Positions 45,657 through 56,669 of a DNA stretch of 64,000 nt are shown piece by piece. The DNA is from an uncultured Gammaproteobacteria bacterium (lineage in GTDB: Bacteria > Patescibacteriota > Patescibacteriia > UBA9934 > CAZDDW01), in assembly GCA_965231015.1 (NCBI GenBank), contig OZ246408.1, positions 396,488-460,487 of the forward strand, written 5' to 3'. A program made the position numbers and the translations under genes. Positions within the stretch are counted from its first letter, which is position 1, and each line of letters begins with the position of its first letter. The notes beneath the pieces are model-generated. The model had not been told where the DNA came from and searched no databases. It worked only from the letters and a program-made list of their open reading frames with translations.

Positions 45657-47528
45657 ATGCAAATATTTTCACGTGCGTGGTTTTGGATTGCGATGGTAGT
45701 TATGCTCGGAATAATCGGAACTGTTTTTTATTTTTCCACTCGTCAACCAGGTCAGGAAATTGTCAGTTCTCTCGTAAAACTTGATACCTTGGTTCAGAGT
45801 GTGGAGGCCACCGGGCACATTGAATCTGACCGTGAGATTAGTATTGATTTTGAAACCTCGGGGACAATTGCCGAGATTTATTATCGGGAAGGGGACGAGG
45901 TTAAAGCCGGGGATGTGATTTTGGCTTTGGAAGGAGCCGAAGAATTCTTACAGCTTTCACAGGCTCAGGCCGGATTAGATGCCGCTCTGGGAAATTTGAA
46001 TTTACAAATTGCTGGGAACTCGGACGAGTCTTTGGCTGTGACCGAGGCTCAGCTTGGTGAAGCCGAAGCGTTGCTGGCCAAATATGAGTCAGACTTGGGA
46101 AACGCTGAAACAGATCTGACCAATACCAAAACAACTTACGCGGCCAAGGTGGCCACAGCCGAAGCTAATTTGCTTTCAGCTGAAGACACTTTGGAAAATA
46201 CTGAAGCCGACAACGAAGAAGATCTGGACGCGGTTTATGAAGACGCCATTACAGTCATGAAGGGTGCGGCTATTACTGCGGCCGGTTCGCTCACCGAAGC
46301 CGACAAAGTGCTTGGAATCGAAAATACCAATATCAATGATGAGTTTGATGGTCTGTTAGCTTCCACTAATGAGCAGGCACTACTGGATGCAAAAAAATCA
46401 TTCCCAACCGCCCGGACTGCCTTGTTGAATGTAGAAGATCTTTTGGAAACCATTACGGTTGACTCGACTTCAGAAGAAATCACGGCCGCCATGAAAGAAA
46501 CCAGGGACATGCTGGATCTTGTTACCGTTGCTTTAAACGATACCCGTCACGTGTTAGATGCCACCCCAAGCGGCTCGTATGATCTGTCCACTTCGGAATT
46601 GAACACCATGAAATCAACTATTGATACCGAACGCACGGCTGTGAACACGGATTTATCCAGCCTTATTAATCACGAACAAACTATTCGGGCCACTGAAATC
46701 GCGGCAGAAACAGCTTATGATAGTGCATATCATGCTTACGAAGCCGCTTTGAGTACCTACAACGAAGCTGTGGCAACACAAGAAATGCAGGTGGCGCTGG
46801 CCGAAGCTTCGCTTGAAACCGCAGAGGCACAGGTTGCGGTTCAGTCTGCCTCGGTTAACACGGCCAATGCCAATTTGACCTATCAAGAAGCTGATCCGCG
46901 CGCTGTTGATCTGGCCGCTCTTCAGGCCGCAGTCAACGAGGCCAACGCGGCACTGGCTTTGGCAGAGGAACAATACGAAAAAATAAAAATTGTGGCACCT
47001 TTTGACGGACAGGTGACAAACGTTGCCTATGAAATCGGCGAGACTGTGAGCCTTGGCGAACCGGCCGCAGAAATGCTGGCCCTGGGTGAATTTCAGATTG
47101 TGGCTGACGTAGACGAGGCCGACGTCACCAAGTTGGCTCTTGATGATTGGGTTGAAGTTACTTTTGATGCGCTTGGCGAAGATCAGATTTTCACCGGCCG
47201 ACTGAACAAAATTAACCCGGCGAAAAAATCAATTGACGGGGTGGTGTATTACGAAGTCACGGTTTATCTTGATGAAGTCTCACCATTGTTGCGTTCAGGA
47301 ATGTCAGCTGATATTACGGTTTTCACAGAAGAGCTGGAAAAGGCTTTGATTGTACCAAGTCGTTCAATTTTGACCGAGAACATGGTGAAATATGTTCGAG
47401 TCGTAGAAAACGGACAGGTACGCCAGCGGGAAGTCGAGGTTGGAGTTCGAGGAGATGGTGGAGAAACCCAAATTTTAAACGGAGTTCAGGAGGGGGAGGA
47501 AGTTGTGATTACAATTCGCGAAGATTAG
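45657..47528 (+). CDS. efflux pump periplasmic adaptor (HlyD/MacA family) with long coiled coil
   Basis: N-terminal TM, lipoyl-like motif, long Ala-rich coiled coil, C-terminal beta domain. Confidence 0.75.
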   Translation: MQIFSRAWFWIAMVVMLGIIGTVFYFSTRQPGQEIVSSLVKLDTLVQSVEATGHIESDREISIDFETSGTIAEIYYREGDEVKAGDVILALEGAEEFLQLSQAQAGLDAALGNLNLQIAGNSDESLAVTEAQLGEAEALLAKYESDLGNAETDLTNTKTTYAAKVATAEANLLSAEDTLENTEADNEEDLDAVYEDAITVMKGAAITAAGSLTEADKVLGIENTNINDEFDGLLASTNEQALLDAKKSFPTARTALLNVEDLLETITVDSTSEEITAAMKETRDMLDLVTVALNDTRHVLDATPSGSYDLSTSELNTMKSTIDTERTAVNTDLSSLINHEQTIRATEIAAETAYDSAYHAYEAALSTYNEAVATQEMQVALAEASLETAEAQVAVQSASVNTANANLTYQEADPRAVDLAALQAAVNEANAALALAEEQYEKIKIVAPFDGQVTNVAYEIGETVSLGEPAAEMLALGEFQIVADVDEADVTKLALDDWVEVTFDALGEDQIFTGRLNKINPAKKSIDGVVYYEVTVYLDEVSPLLRSGMSADITVFTEELEKALIVPSRSILTENMVKYVRVVENGQVRQREVEVGVRGDGGETQILNGVQEGEEVVITIRED

Positions 47529-47529
47529 T

Positions 47530-48297
47530 ATGCCCAAACGCGATTGTCTCTTGGATATAAAAAATTTGTACAAGGAGTACGTGAATGACGAGGTCGTAAC
47601 CAAAGTGTTGTTCGACCTCAATTTTAAAATTGAGTGTGGTGAATTTGTGTCGCTGATGGGTCCGTCCGGCTCCGGAAAGTCAACTCTCATGCATATTTTG
47701 GGTTTTTTAGACCGTTTAACTAGCGGTCAATATTTTTTTCAAGGCGAAGACGTGAGTAAAAAAAGTGAAGATGCTTTGGCGCGTTTGCGCGGTCTTGAGG
47801 TGGGATTTGTGTTTCAGTCGTTTAATCTGTTGGCCAAGACATCTGTCCTTGATAACGTGTTGTTACCCACTATTTACACCACAACCCCCCAGTCCAAGCG
47901 GATTCAGGACGCTAAGCGGGTACTAGATCAAGTTGGTCTATCTCACCGGCTTAACCACTTGTCCAACCAACTTTCTGGTGGTGAAAAGCAAAGAGTCTCG
48001 ATAGCTCGAGCCCTTATTAATGACCCGGCCGTAGTTTTTGCTGATGAGCCAACCGGAAACTTAGACAGTAAATCTACGATTCAGATTCTTGAGATTCTTC
48101 AGGATCTTAACCGCGAAGGCCGAACCATTATCATGGTGACCCATGAGCCAGAGTTGACCCCTTACACAACCAGGGTTCTGAAATTGTTTGATGGTCGTTT
48201 GCAAACTGACCGGGCGGCCGAGTTTAAAGACGTGCGCAAGGAGCCACCTGCCGCGTATGTTCGTAACATAGCTGAACAAGAAAGTCATGAAGGTTAA
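47530..48297 (+). CDS. ABC transporter ATP-binding protein (MacB/LolD type)
   Basis: GPSGSGKST, LSGGEKQR, Walker B. Confidence 0.85.
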   Translation: MPKRDCLLDIKNLYKEYVNDEVVTKVLFDLNFKIECGEFVSLMGPSGSGKSTLMHILGFLDRLTSGQYFFQGEDVSKKSEDALARLRGLEVGFVFQSFNLLAKTSVLDNVLLPTIYTTTPQSKRIQDAKRVLDQVGLSHRLNHLSNQLSGGEKQRVSIARALINDPAVVFADEPTGNLDSKSTIQILEILQDLNREGRTIIMVTHEPELTPYTTRVLKLFDGRLQTDRAAEFKDVRKEPPAAYVRNIAEQESHEG

Positions 48298-49522
48298 AGA
48301 TTTAATCAAATTATCTTTTCAGGGCTTGACTCGCAATAAATCGCGGTCGGTTTTGACCATGCTGGGAATTATTATTGGAATCGGATCCGTAATTTTAATG
48401 CTTTCTATTGGAAAAGGAGCCGAAGGTATAATTATTTCTCAAGTGGCTGAATTTGGTTCAGATTTGGTGTACGTTGAGCCGGGAGCCGGGGACGCTGATC
48501 AGGGCGGACCGCCAAGTATTTTTGTGGAGCAAACCCTGGATTTGGATGATGTAGAGGCAATTCGAAAGCATGAAGGTTTTTCTGAAGTGGGCGCTTTCAT
48601 TTATACCGATTTTGTCGCTGAACGGGGAAGTGTGCAGGATAGGTATCAGGTGGTGGGTACCACACCGGAAAATATTAGTATTTTTCCCGCAGACATGGCA
48701 GCTGGTCGATTTATCGATGAATCTGACGTAGACAGTTCTGCGACCGTGGCAGTGCTTGGTTTGGCAGTAAAAAATGATCTGTTCGGTGATCAGGACCCGA
48801 TAGGTTTAAAAATCAAAATCAAGAATGTTAGTTTCCGAGTAGTTGGTTGGGTCGAGGAACAAGGGACCAGATTTTTCCAAAATTTGGACGAACAAATATA
48901 TATTCCGGTGACCACCTCACAAAGACGGTTGGTTGGGGACGACTATATTAACTTTTTGGCCGCTCGAACAATTTTGCCGGTTGAATTAGCCAAAGAAGAA
49001 ATTCGTTACATTTTACGGGATAAACACAACCTGGATAACCCGGAGGGTGATTTAAGTAAGGATGATTTCTTTGTGTCTACGCAAGAGGACGCGGTCGAGA
49101 TTGTGGGTACGGTTACAGGTGTTTTGACTCTGCTTTTATCATCTATTGCAGCTATTTCGTTACTGGTTGGTGGAATCGGTATCATGAACATTATGCTGGT
49201 TTCTGTTTCAGAACGAACTCGTGAGATTGGGTTGCGAAAAGCGGTCGGAGCCACACGACAAAACATTTTGCGTCAGTTTTTGGCCGAAGCTGTGATGTTA
49301 ACTTTGTTTGGAGGGTCGGTGGGAATTTTGTTCGGTCTTATAACGTCGTACGTAGCCGCGATTATTATCAAACAGTTTGAAGAAAATTGGAGCTTTGTAT
49401 TTCCAGTGGACGCCATGGTGCTCGCCTTTGTGGTGGCGGCCGTTGTAGGACTCATTTTTGGAATTTATCCGGCCCGCCGTGCTGCGCGTCTTGACCCAAT
49501 CGAAGCCTTAAGATACGAATAA
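48287..49522 (+). CDS. ABC transporter permease (FtsX/MacB-like)
   Basis: N-terminal TM, large periplasmic domain, 3 C-terminal TM helices. Confidence 0.8.
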   Translation: MKVKDLIKLSFQGLTRNKSRSVLTMLGIIIGIGSVILMLSIGKGAEGIIISQVAEFGSDLVYVEPGAGDADQGGPPSIFVEQTLDLDDVEAIRKHEGFSEVGAFIYTDFVAERGSVQDRYQVVGTTPENISIFPADMAAGRFIDESDVDSSATVAVLGLAVKNDLFGDQDPIGLKIKIKNVSFRVVGWVEEQGTRFFQNLDEQIYIPVTTSQRRLVGDDYINFLAARTILPVELAKEEIRYILRDKHNLDNPEGDLSKDDFFVSTQEDAVEIVGTVTGVLTLLLSSIAAISLLVGGIGIMNIMLVSVSERTREIGLRKAVGATRQNILRQFLAEAVMLTLFGGSVGILFGLITSYVAAIIIKQFEENWSFVFPVDAMVLAFVVAAVVGLIFGIYPARRAARLDPIEALRYE

Positions 49523-49544
49523 AATATGATATAATAATGTTGAT

Positions 49545-51197
49545 GTGTTAGACCAATTATTTTTTCAAATCGGTTTGGTTTTAATAGTGGCGGCCGTTAC
49601 GGCAATGCTCATGTTTAAATTTCGCCAGCCGATCATCATGGGTTATTTACTGGCCGGTATAGTGGTCGGTTCCACGGTATTCACTTTTGATCGGTCCACT
49701 GAGACTTTTGAAGTGATGTCTAAAATCGGCATTGCCTTCTTGTTATTCACTGTGGGCCTTAATTTGAACTGGCGAAAAATAAAAGAGGTCGGAACCGTGG
49801 CTGTGGCGAGTGGTGTCGGCCAGGTTGTATTTACCACCCTTATTGGTTATTTGATCGGTTTATTGCTTGGTTTGAATCAACTGACCAGTTTCTATGTGGC
49901 TTTGGCTTTCGCGTTTTCGAGTACCATTATTGTAGTGAAGACGCTTGCGGATCGGGACGAACTCGACCACTTGTACGGTCGAATCGCCATTGGTTTTATG
50001 ATCGTTCAAGACGTGATTGCCATGTTGGTGTTGTTGGTTTTAGGGGCTTTGGCCGGCGGTATGAACGTGCAAAACATCATCACGCTTTCACTTGGGAAGG
50101 GAATCATCGCCATTTTTATCATTTGGTTGTTGGCCACGCGATTGGTGCCACACTTGGTGGCGTACGCAGCCCGGTCGCTTGAGTTGTTGTTTTTGTTTTC
50201 CATTGCCTGGTGTTTTGCCATCGCCGGATTGTTACATTATCTTGGTTTTGGCATTGAAGTCGGTGCCTTACTAGCCGGTATTTCTCTTTCCGGCACTATT
50301 TATCACAATGAAATCGAAGCACGCATTCGGCCGTTGCGTGACTTTTTCTTGATCATTTTTTTCATTATCCTCGGTGCACAGCTTGATTTTAGCAATCCCG
50401 GCGAATTGATCATTCCTATTCTTGTGTTTGCCTTGTTTATTTTAATCGGCAATCCTTTGGCAGTAGTTATTATTCTAAGAATTTTAAAATTTCATCCGCG
50501 CATCGGATTTCTGGCCGGCAATACGGTCGGACAAATCAGCGAGTTTTCTTTTATTGTTCTGGCCGCCGGTATCAGCCTAGGACATATTAGTCCGAAAATT
50601 AATACGCTGGCGGTCTTTGTGGCTCTAATAACCATTGCTGGTTCGGCATATTTGATGAAGTATGGTGAATATCTATACGATCGTTTCAATTTTTTGTACC
50701 TTTGGCTGGAGCCTTCGGCCACGGAAATTAAGGGTGTGGAAAAAAGTCGCGGTAGTTCGGCTCACACTACCTTGATTGGTTTTCATCACATTGGTCAGCA
50801 TATTCTACCGGAACTAATAAAAATTAATAAAAATTATCGTGTGGTTGATATTAATCCGGTAGTTATAGACGGATTGCGTCAGAATGGGGTGGTTGCTCAA
50901 TATGGCGATGCTGGAGATGAACGTTTTCTAAAAGATATCCGTATAGAAAAATCAAAAATGATTGTGTCCACGGTTCCAAACGGGGTGATTAGTATCGATT
51001 TGTTGACTTACTTGAAACGACGACGCTATAAAGGTACAGTGATTGTGACCTGTCGGACACCGGAAGAGGCACACGAGTGCTATGAGGCTGGAGCCAGTTT
51101 TGTGATCGTACCGAATATTTTAGGAGCAGAAAGGTTTAAGGGTTTATTAAAACGGAAAAAAGCCAGCCGAAAGGCTTGGATGCAAGCAGTAAATTAG
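49545..51197 (+). CDS. monovalent cation:proton antiporter (CPA2/Kef type) with C-terminal TrkA-N (RCK) domain
   Basis: multi-TM plus a Rossmann-like region VDINPV...GDAGD. Confidence 0.8.
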   Translation: MLDQLFFQIGLVLIVAAVTAMLMFKFRQPIIMGYLLAGIVVGSTVFTFDRSTETFEVMSKIGIAFLLFTVGLNLNWRKIKEVGTVAVASGVGQVVFTTLIGYLIGLLLGLNQLTSFYVALAFAFSSTIIVVKTLADRDELDHLYGRIAIGFMIVQDVIAMLVLLVLGALAGGMNVQNIITLSLGKGIIAIFIIWLLATRLVPHLVAYAARSLELLFLFSIAWCFAIAGLLHYLGFGIEVGALLAGISLSGTIYHNEIEARIRPLRDFFLIIFFIILGAQLDFSNPGELIIPILVFALFILIGNPLAVVIILRILKFHPRIGFLAGNTVGQISEFSFIVLAAGISLGHISPKINTLAVFVALITIAGSAYLMKYGEYLYDRFNFLYLWLEPSATEIKGVEKSRGSSAHTTLIGFHHIGQHILPELIKINKNYRVVDINPVVIDGLRQNGVVAQYGDAGDERFLKDIRIEKSKMIVSTVPNGVISIDLLTYLKRRRYKGTVIVTCRTPEEAHECYEAGASFVIVPNILGAERFKGLLKRKKASRKAWMQAVN

Positions 51198-51264
51198 TTA
51201 ATAGATAATAGTTAATGGTCAATAGATCTCGGTCTATTCACTATTATCCATAAACCATTATTCT

Positions 51265-51525
51265 ATGCAAAACATTTGTCAGTCATGTGGTATGCCCTTG
51301 ACCACGGAGGAACAGTATGGCACCAACGAAGATGGAACACCAAGCTATGATTATTGTGTGCACTGTTTTCAAAAGGGGGAGTTTACTAACCAGACAGAGA
51401 ACTTGGACGAGTTTGTAGATGCTATGCTCGAAGCCATGGAAGCTAATCCGCACGCGCCAAAGATAGGTAAGGAAGAGGCCAAGGATATGCTTGAGAATTT
51501 AGGGCGGTGGAAAAAGGAAGGATAG
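51265..51525 (+). CDS. zinc-ribbon domain protein
   Basis: CQSCGMPL...YCVHC. Confidence 0.55.
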   Translation: MQNICQSCGMPLTTEEQYGTNEDGTPSYDYCVHCFQKGEFTNQTENLDEFVDAMLEAMEANPHAPKIGKEEAKDMLENLGRWKKEG

Positions 51526-51541
51526 GGATTAATTCAATTAA

Positions 51542-51602
51542 TCTGATGAGGGGGCACCCTTGCCTGTCCGCCGTAGCCTTGGCGGAGGTGGGTGGGTGCC
51601 CA
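51542..51602 (+). terminator. long hairpin terminator (GGGCACCC...GGGTGCCC + ATTTTGTTTT)
   Basis: read directly. Confidence 0.55.
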
Positions 51603-52030
51603 TTTTGTTTTAAAATTAAAGAGCCCTCGCAGCGCGTCCGTGACTTCGTACTTAGTCACTTCTGCGTCGCGAGGGCCTTTGGTCGTTCTTTTGCCGTCGT
51701 GCTCGGTTTATCCTCATACCCGGTCAGTCCGCGTGTTGCGTCTGGGGTGGGCCGAAGCCCTTGGGAATGCCGAACAACGATCTAGCGGTAGCGCATACCT
51801 GCACCACCATTGGTCAACAACTGTATTGTTGACGTTTTGCGAAAATATAACTGAGAAGTTCTTCGGTTCGAAAACGGGTTCGAGACCGTTAGGTGAATCC
51901 GCTGAGGTTCATTCCCCTATTTCTCCCTTCATGGATTCGATACAAACAATCTAATACAATTCATTCAACCCCTAGCTTAACTTTACAGATATATTATTCA
52001 TTATATTTTAGCCAAAAAAAGTCTTATCCC

Positions 52031-52071
52031 TTGCATAAAAATAATTAGCACTCTATAATATGGAGTGCTAA
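52031..52071 (+). promoter_or_regulatory. sigma70 promoter (TTGCAT-17-TATAAT) with a perfect CIRCE operator TTAGCACTC-N9-GAGTGCTAA
   Basis: CIRCE at 52045-52071 overlapping the -10. Confidence 0.85.
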
Positions 52072-52199
52072 GTAAGAATTTTCAATTTTCCAATTTACTA
52101 ATTTTCAATGTTGGAGGCTGTTTGGTATTTTACAGTCAAATGAACCTTGGATTTTTGAAAATTCAATGAAAATTGGATATTGAAAACTGTAAATATTTT

Positions 52200-52898
52200 A
52201 TGAACGTGCGTCAGGAAGCGATTCTTAAAGCGATCGTGGAATACTACATCAAAACAGCTGAACCGGTAGGGTCAAAATTCTTGGCTGAGTCTTGTGGTTT
52301 TGGGGTATCTCCTGCCACTATTCGCAACGACATGGTGATCCTTGAAGCCGAAGGGTTCATTCGCCAACCTCATACATCAGCCGGTCGAGTGCCGACCGAA
52401 GCCGGGTATGAGTTTTATCTTTCGCATCTCAAGGGATTACGAAATAGAAAAGCCCGGGACCGTTTTGCTGGGGCAACCGAAGGTAGTCAGAGTACTGAAC
52501 AAGCCGTGAAGCAGGTCGCAAAACGGCTTGTGGATTTGTCCGGCGAAATGGCACTTGTGGCCTTTGATCCTGATTGGAGTTTTTATACCGGAGTTTCGAA
52601 CTTGATGACCAAACCGGATTTTCGAGACCTTGGACTAGCTCACGAGCTTTCTGAAATGATCGATCGATTCGATGAAGTGATCGGATCAATTTTTGAACAC
52701 CTACCAGACGCTCCACAGGTCATGATCGGTTCGCAAAATCCGTTTGGGGAGTGTATGAGTTCGATTGTGGTGAAATATCGTTTGCCTGACGACGCCCAGC
52801 TCGTGCTCGGATTAGTCGGGCCACTGCGAATGGACTATCAAAAAAATATAAAATTAATCGAAGAGGCTTTAGAGTCTCTGGATGAGTATGGACGATAA
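52200..52898 (+). CDS. hrcA: heat-inducible transcription repressor HrcA
   Basis: wHTH at the N-terminus; position downstream of CIRCE and upstream of grpE. Confidence 0.8.
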   Translation: MNVRQEAILKAIVEYYIKTAEPVGSKFLAESCGFGVSPATIRNDMVILEAEGFIRQPHTSAGRVPTEAGYEFYLSHLKGLRNRKARDRFAGATEGSQSTEQAVKQVAKRLVDLSGEMALVAFDPDWSFYTGVSNLMTKPDFRDLGLAHELSEMIDRFDEVIGSIFEHLPDAPQVMIGSQNPFGECMSSIVVKYRLPDDAQLVLGLVGPLRMDYQKNIKLIEEALESLDEYGR

Positions 52899-53370
52899 AA
52901 AAGAAAAAAGTTTAAAGGATAAAGGACAAGGTTGCGAGCAATGTGAAGAGTATTTGGCTGGATGGAAACGAGCTTTGGCAGATTACGACAATTTGCAAAA
53001 AGATCTGGCACGGGAAAAAACCGAGATGAGGGAATATGTGATTGAATCGTTTTTTGAGAAACTAATTCCCGTCATTGATCACTTTGATCAAGCCATGAAG
53101 AATGTGCCGGAAGCGGCTGGTGAGCTCGAATCGTGGATCCAAGGTGTCGGACACATTAAAAAAAGCCTGATCGATATCGCAAATGAATTTAGTTGTGAAC
53201 CGATTGAGCCACTGAATCTCGAATTTGATCCAAACGAACATGAGGCTATCTCGACCGAAACTCGAGAAGACGAGGATGACGACAAGATAATCGAAGTTGT
53301 CGAGCGCGGCTGGAAGCTCGGGGACAAAGTAATAAGACCAGCCAAAGTAATTGTAAATAAGATAAGTTAA
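52882..53370 (+). CDS. grpE: nucleotide exchange factor GrpE
   Basis: coiled coil plus a conserved C-terminal beta domain. Confidence 0.8.
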   Translation: MSMDDKKEKSLKDKGQGCEQCEEYLAGWKRALADYDNLQKDLAREKTEMREYVIESFFEKLIPVIDHFDQAMKNVPEAAGELESWIQGVGHIKKSLIDIANEFSCEPIEPLNLEFDPNEHEAISTETREDEDDDKIIEVVERGWKLGDKVIRPAKVIVNKIS

Positions 53371-53375
53371 AAACT

Positions 53376-55286
53376 ATGCCAAAGATTTTAGGAATTGATC
53401 TCGGAACTACAAACTCTTGTATGGCCGTGATCGAGGGAGGACAGCCGAAAGTGCTGGAAAACAAAGAAGGAAACCGAACCACACCATCAATGGTGGCGGT
53501 AAATAAGAATGGAGAACGACTTGTTGGTGCACCTGCTAAACGTCAGGCAGTAACGAATCCAGAAAATACTCTGTTCTCAATTAAACGTCTGATTGGACGT
53601 CGATTTGATGACCCAGAAGTTAAGCGTGATATTGATTTGATGCCTTTTAGTATTATTCAGGCTGGTGAAGGCGTGAAGGTGAAGATGGGAGAAAAAGAAC
53701 TGACTCCGCGTGAGATTTCAGCCATGGTGCTACAAAAGCTCAAAGCTGATGCTGAAGAACGGATTGGAGAGAAAATCGAGGAAGCCGTGATTACTGTTCC
53801 GGCTTACTTTGATGACGCTCAACGTCAGGCTACAAAAGACGCTGGTGAAATCGCAGGACTTAAAGTTAAACGAATTATTAACGAGCCAACCGCAGCGGCA
53901 CTCGCTTACGGATTCGACAAAAAAGCCGGACAGCAGGTTGTTGTATACGACCTTGGTGGTGGAACTTTTGATGTTTCAGTGCTTGACGTAACTGAGGATA
54001 CAGTCGAGGTTAAGGCAACCAATGGGGACACGCACCTTGGTGGAGACGACTTTGATCAGGTAATTATTTCCTGGATAATTGAAGAGTTTAACAAAGATCA
54101 GGGAATTGATCTATCTAAAGATCCTCTGGCTTTGCAGCGAATCAAGGAAGCGGCTGAAAAAGCTAAGATTGAGCTCTCAACTGCCGAACAAACTGAAATC
54201 AACCAACCGTTTATTACCCAGGGTGAAGACGGTCCCAAGCACCTGGTTATGACCATGAATCGAGCCAAGCTCGAAGAACTCGTAGGTGAGCTCGTGGACA
54301 AGACTCTTGAGCCAGTCAAGAAAGCGATTGAAGACGCCAAGATGAGTAAGGGTGACATTGAAGAAATCATCATGGTGGGTGGAATGACTCGCATGCCACT
54401 CGTGCAAAAGAAAGTAGAAGAGTTTTTTGGAAAGAAACCGAACGTGAGTGTGAACCCGGACGAAGTGGTGGCTACTGGTGCAGCTGTGCAAGCCGGTGTG
54501 CTTCAAGGTGAGGTTAAAGACGTGCTTTTGCTCGACGTTACCCCGCTCTCACTTGGAATCGAAACTCTTGGAGGCGTTATGACTCCGCTTATTGAACGCA
54601 ACACCACTATTCCTGCCTCAAAGTCTCAAATTTTCTCTACTGCGGCTGATAACCAGTCCACAGTGGAAATTCATGTGCTTCAAGGAGAGCGATCAGTGGT
54701 CAGTGGAAATAAAACGCTTGGTCGATTTATCCTTTCAGGAATTGCTCCAGCTCCACGAGGAGTGCCACAGATCGAGGTTAAGTTCGATATTGACGCTAAC
54801 GGAATCGTGAATGTTTCAGCAACAGATAAGGGAACCGGACAATCTCAACAGATCACCATTACCGGCTCAACCGGGGTAAGTGAAGATGAGATTGAAAAGA
54901 TGAAGAAAGATGCTGAAGCTCATGCTGAAGAAGACGCTAAAGCCAAAGAGCGAATTGAGCACCAGAATTTGGCTGACACCATGATTTATACTTCAGAGAA
55001 AATGCTCAAAGACGCCGGTGACAAAATCACTGACGAAGAAAAGAAAGAAGTTGAAGATAAAATCGAAGCTCTCAAAAAGGTTAAGGACACCGACGACCAC
55101 GAGGCCATCAAAAAAGCCGCAGACGAGCTCACTGAAGTAGCTCAAAAAGTCGGTGCGAAGTTGTATCAGCAAGAGCAAGCCGAGCAGACTAATCAGCCCG
55201 AGGGTGCTCCGGCCGGATCGGGTGAAGCTAAACCAGAAGCCGACGGCCCGGTTGATGCCGAGTTTGAAGAGAAAAAAGATGAATAA
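53376..55286 (+). CDS. dnaK: molecular chaperone DnaK (Hsp70)
   Basis: [16 protein letters not shown] and other motifs throughout. Confidence 0.95.
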   Translation: MPKILGIDLGTTNSCMAVIEGGQPKVLENKEGNRTTPSMVAVNKNGERLVGAPAKRQAVTNPENTLFSIKRLIGRRFDDPEVKRDIDLMPFSIIQAGEGVKVKMGEKELTPREISAMVLQKLKADAEERIGEKIEEAVITVPAYFDDAQRQATKDAGEIAGLKVKRIINEPTAAALAYGFDKKAGQQVVVYDLGGGTFDVSVLDVTEDTVEVKATNGDTHLGGDDFDQVIISWIIEEFNKDQGIDLSKDPLALQRIKEAAEKAKIELSTAEQTEINQPFITQGEDGPKHLVMTMNRAKLEELVGELVDKTLEPVKKAIEDAKMSKGDIEEIIMVGGMTRMPLVQKKVEEFFGKKPNVSVNPDEVVATGAAVQAGVLQGEVKDVLLLDVTPLSLGIETLGGVMTPLIERNTTIPASKSQIFSTAADNQSTVEIHVLQGERSVVSGNKTLGRFILSGIAPAPRGVPQIEVKFDIDANGIVNVSATDKGTGQSQQITITGSTGVSEDEIEKMKKDAEAHAEEDAKAKERIEHQNLADTMIYTSEKMLKDAGDKITDEEKKEVEDKIEALKKVKDTDDHEAIKKAADELTEVAQKVGAKLYQQEQAEQTNQPEGAPAGSGEAKPEADGPVDAEFEEKKDE

Positions 55287-55650
55287 ACCAGTCTCCAAAA
55301 CCAAGTCATACGTTCTGATCGCGCTGATCATTTTGCTCAGCGTGACCAGTGTTTATATGGCCACGTTATACATGGCTGCTGGTTCGAGTCCGCAGCCGGA
55401 ATTCGGATCAATCTGGGTGCAAATTATGTTTTTCATCTATTTGGCGGCCATCTTTCCTGGTTACAGTCTGATGCAAGCTTTTGAACCACTCTTTCAGATC
55501 GGAGATCTGGAATTTGCGATCGGTGCCGGGGTGATCAGTATTCTATTTTGGTCGGGACTACTCCATGGTACCATCGTGGTGGTTCGTCGTTACTTAATCA
55601 ACTATGTCAAAAGATTACTACAATATTTTAGGAGTCGAACGGGGCGCTAG
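55279..55650 (+). CDS. small hypothetical membrane protein overlapping the end of dnaK and the start of dnaJ
   Basis: ATG inside the last codons of dnaK; 3 predicted TM helices. Confidence 0.35.
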   Translation: MNKPVSKTKSYVLIALIILLSVTSVYMATLYMAAGSSPQPEFGSIWVQIMFFIYLAAIFPGYSLMQAFEPLFQIGDLEFAIGAGVISILFWSGLLHGTIVVVRRYLINYVKRLLQYFRSRTGR

Positions 55651-56659
55651 TCAGGAGGAGATCAAGAAGGCCTTTAGAAAAAAGGCCCATCAGTATCACC
55701 CGGATAAAGCCGGTGGAGATGAGGCTAAATTTAAGGAAGCCAATGAAGCGTACCAGATTCTTGGTGACGAAAAGAAACGTCAGACCTACGACCAGTTTGG
55801 TTCAGCCGCGTTTGAAAACGGGGGAGCTGGAACTGGTGGATTCGGAGGTGGATTCGGAGGCTTTGGCGGTGCGCAAGGAATCAACATGGATGACCTCGGA
55901 GACATCTTCGGCGATATGTTTGGCTTTGGTGGAACTCGAACGCAGAGTAAGCGCCAGCGTCGTGGTCCAGATATTCAGGTCGATGTTGAGCTCACGTTTG
56001 AAGAAGCTGTTTTTGGAACCGAACGCGATATAACTTTGAATCGAACTTTGCGTTGTGAACGTTGTGCCGGACTTGGGGCAGAACCCGGAACTAAGATGAA
56101 TGAGTGTGAGACGTGTAAAGGTTCGGGTGTGATCGATAGGGTGCAACGCACCATGCTTGGAAATGTTAGGACTCGCGCCGCGTGTGATGCTTGTGGGGGA
56201 GACGGAAAAGTGCCGGAGCAAAAGTGTAGCGAATGTAACGGGATTGGAGTACAGAAAAAGCAAAAGACTTTAAGTGTGTCGATTCCAGCCGGAGTGGATG
56301 ATGGAAACATTATTCGATTGCGTGGTGAAGGGGAGGCCGGTTCACACGGCGGCCCAGAAGGTGATTTGTACTTGCGGGCTCATGTTAAACGAAGCAAAGA
56401 ATTTGAACGAATCGGGAATACCATTCGTTTGACTAAAGAAATTGGTTTCACTCAGGCCGCGCTTGGAGACACGATTGATGTTCCAACCGTGCACGGCGAC
56501 GTAAGTTTAAAGATTCCAGCCGGGACACAGGCCGGAACCGAGTTTATGTTACGTGGTAAAGGAGTAGCCGGAGGTGACCAGATTGTAACCGTTCACGTTA
56601 AAACTCCAACCAAGCTTAATCGAGAGCAGAAAAAACAGCTCAAGGGACTTGATATTTAA
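55604..56659 (+). CDS. dnaJ: molecular chaperone DnaJ
   Basis: J domain HPD, Gly-rich linker, four CxxCxGxG repeats. Confidence 0.95.
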   Translation: MSKDYYNILGVERGASQEEIKKAFRKKAHQYHPDKAGGDEAKFKEANEAYQILGDEKKRQTYDQFGSAAFENGGAGTGGFGGGFGGFGGAQGINMDDLGDIFGDMFGFGGTRTQSKRQRRGPDIQVDVELTFEEAVFGTERDITLNRTLRCERCAGLGAEPGTKMNECETCKGSGVIDRVQRTMLGNVRTRAACDACGGDGKVPEQKCSECNGIGVQKKQKTLSVSIPAGVDDGNIIRLRGEGEAGSHGGPEGDLYLRAHVKRSKEFERIGNTIRLTKEIGFTQAALGDTIDVPTVHGDVSLKIPAGTQAGTEFMLRGKGVAGGDQIVTVHVKTPTKLNREQKKQLKGLDI

Positions 56660-56669
56660 CCGTTTTTAT

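Noticed and set aside
51507-51954. ORFs 51507-51785 and 51592-51954 in the long spacer before hrcA
   Set aside because: They overlap multiple terminator hairpins, have no SD sequence, and their translations are low-complexity. Treated as a noncoding structured region.
51690-51960. tmRNA, RNase P RNA or SRP RNA in the GC-rich spacer segment
   Set aside because: I searched by eye for GGAAAGUCCGG / ACAGAACCCGGCUUA (RNase P), the tRNA-like ends of tmRNA, and GGAAGCAGCC (SRP). Only weak partial resemblances were seen, which is not enough to call.
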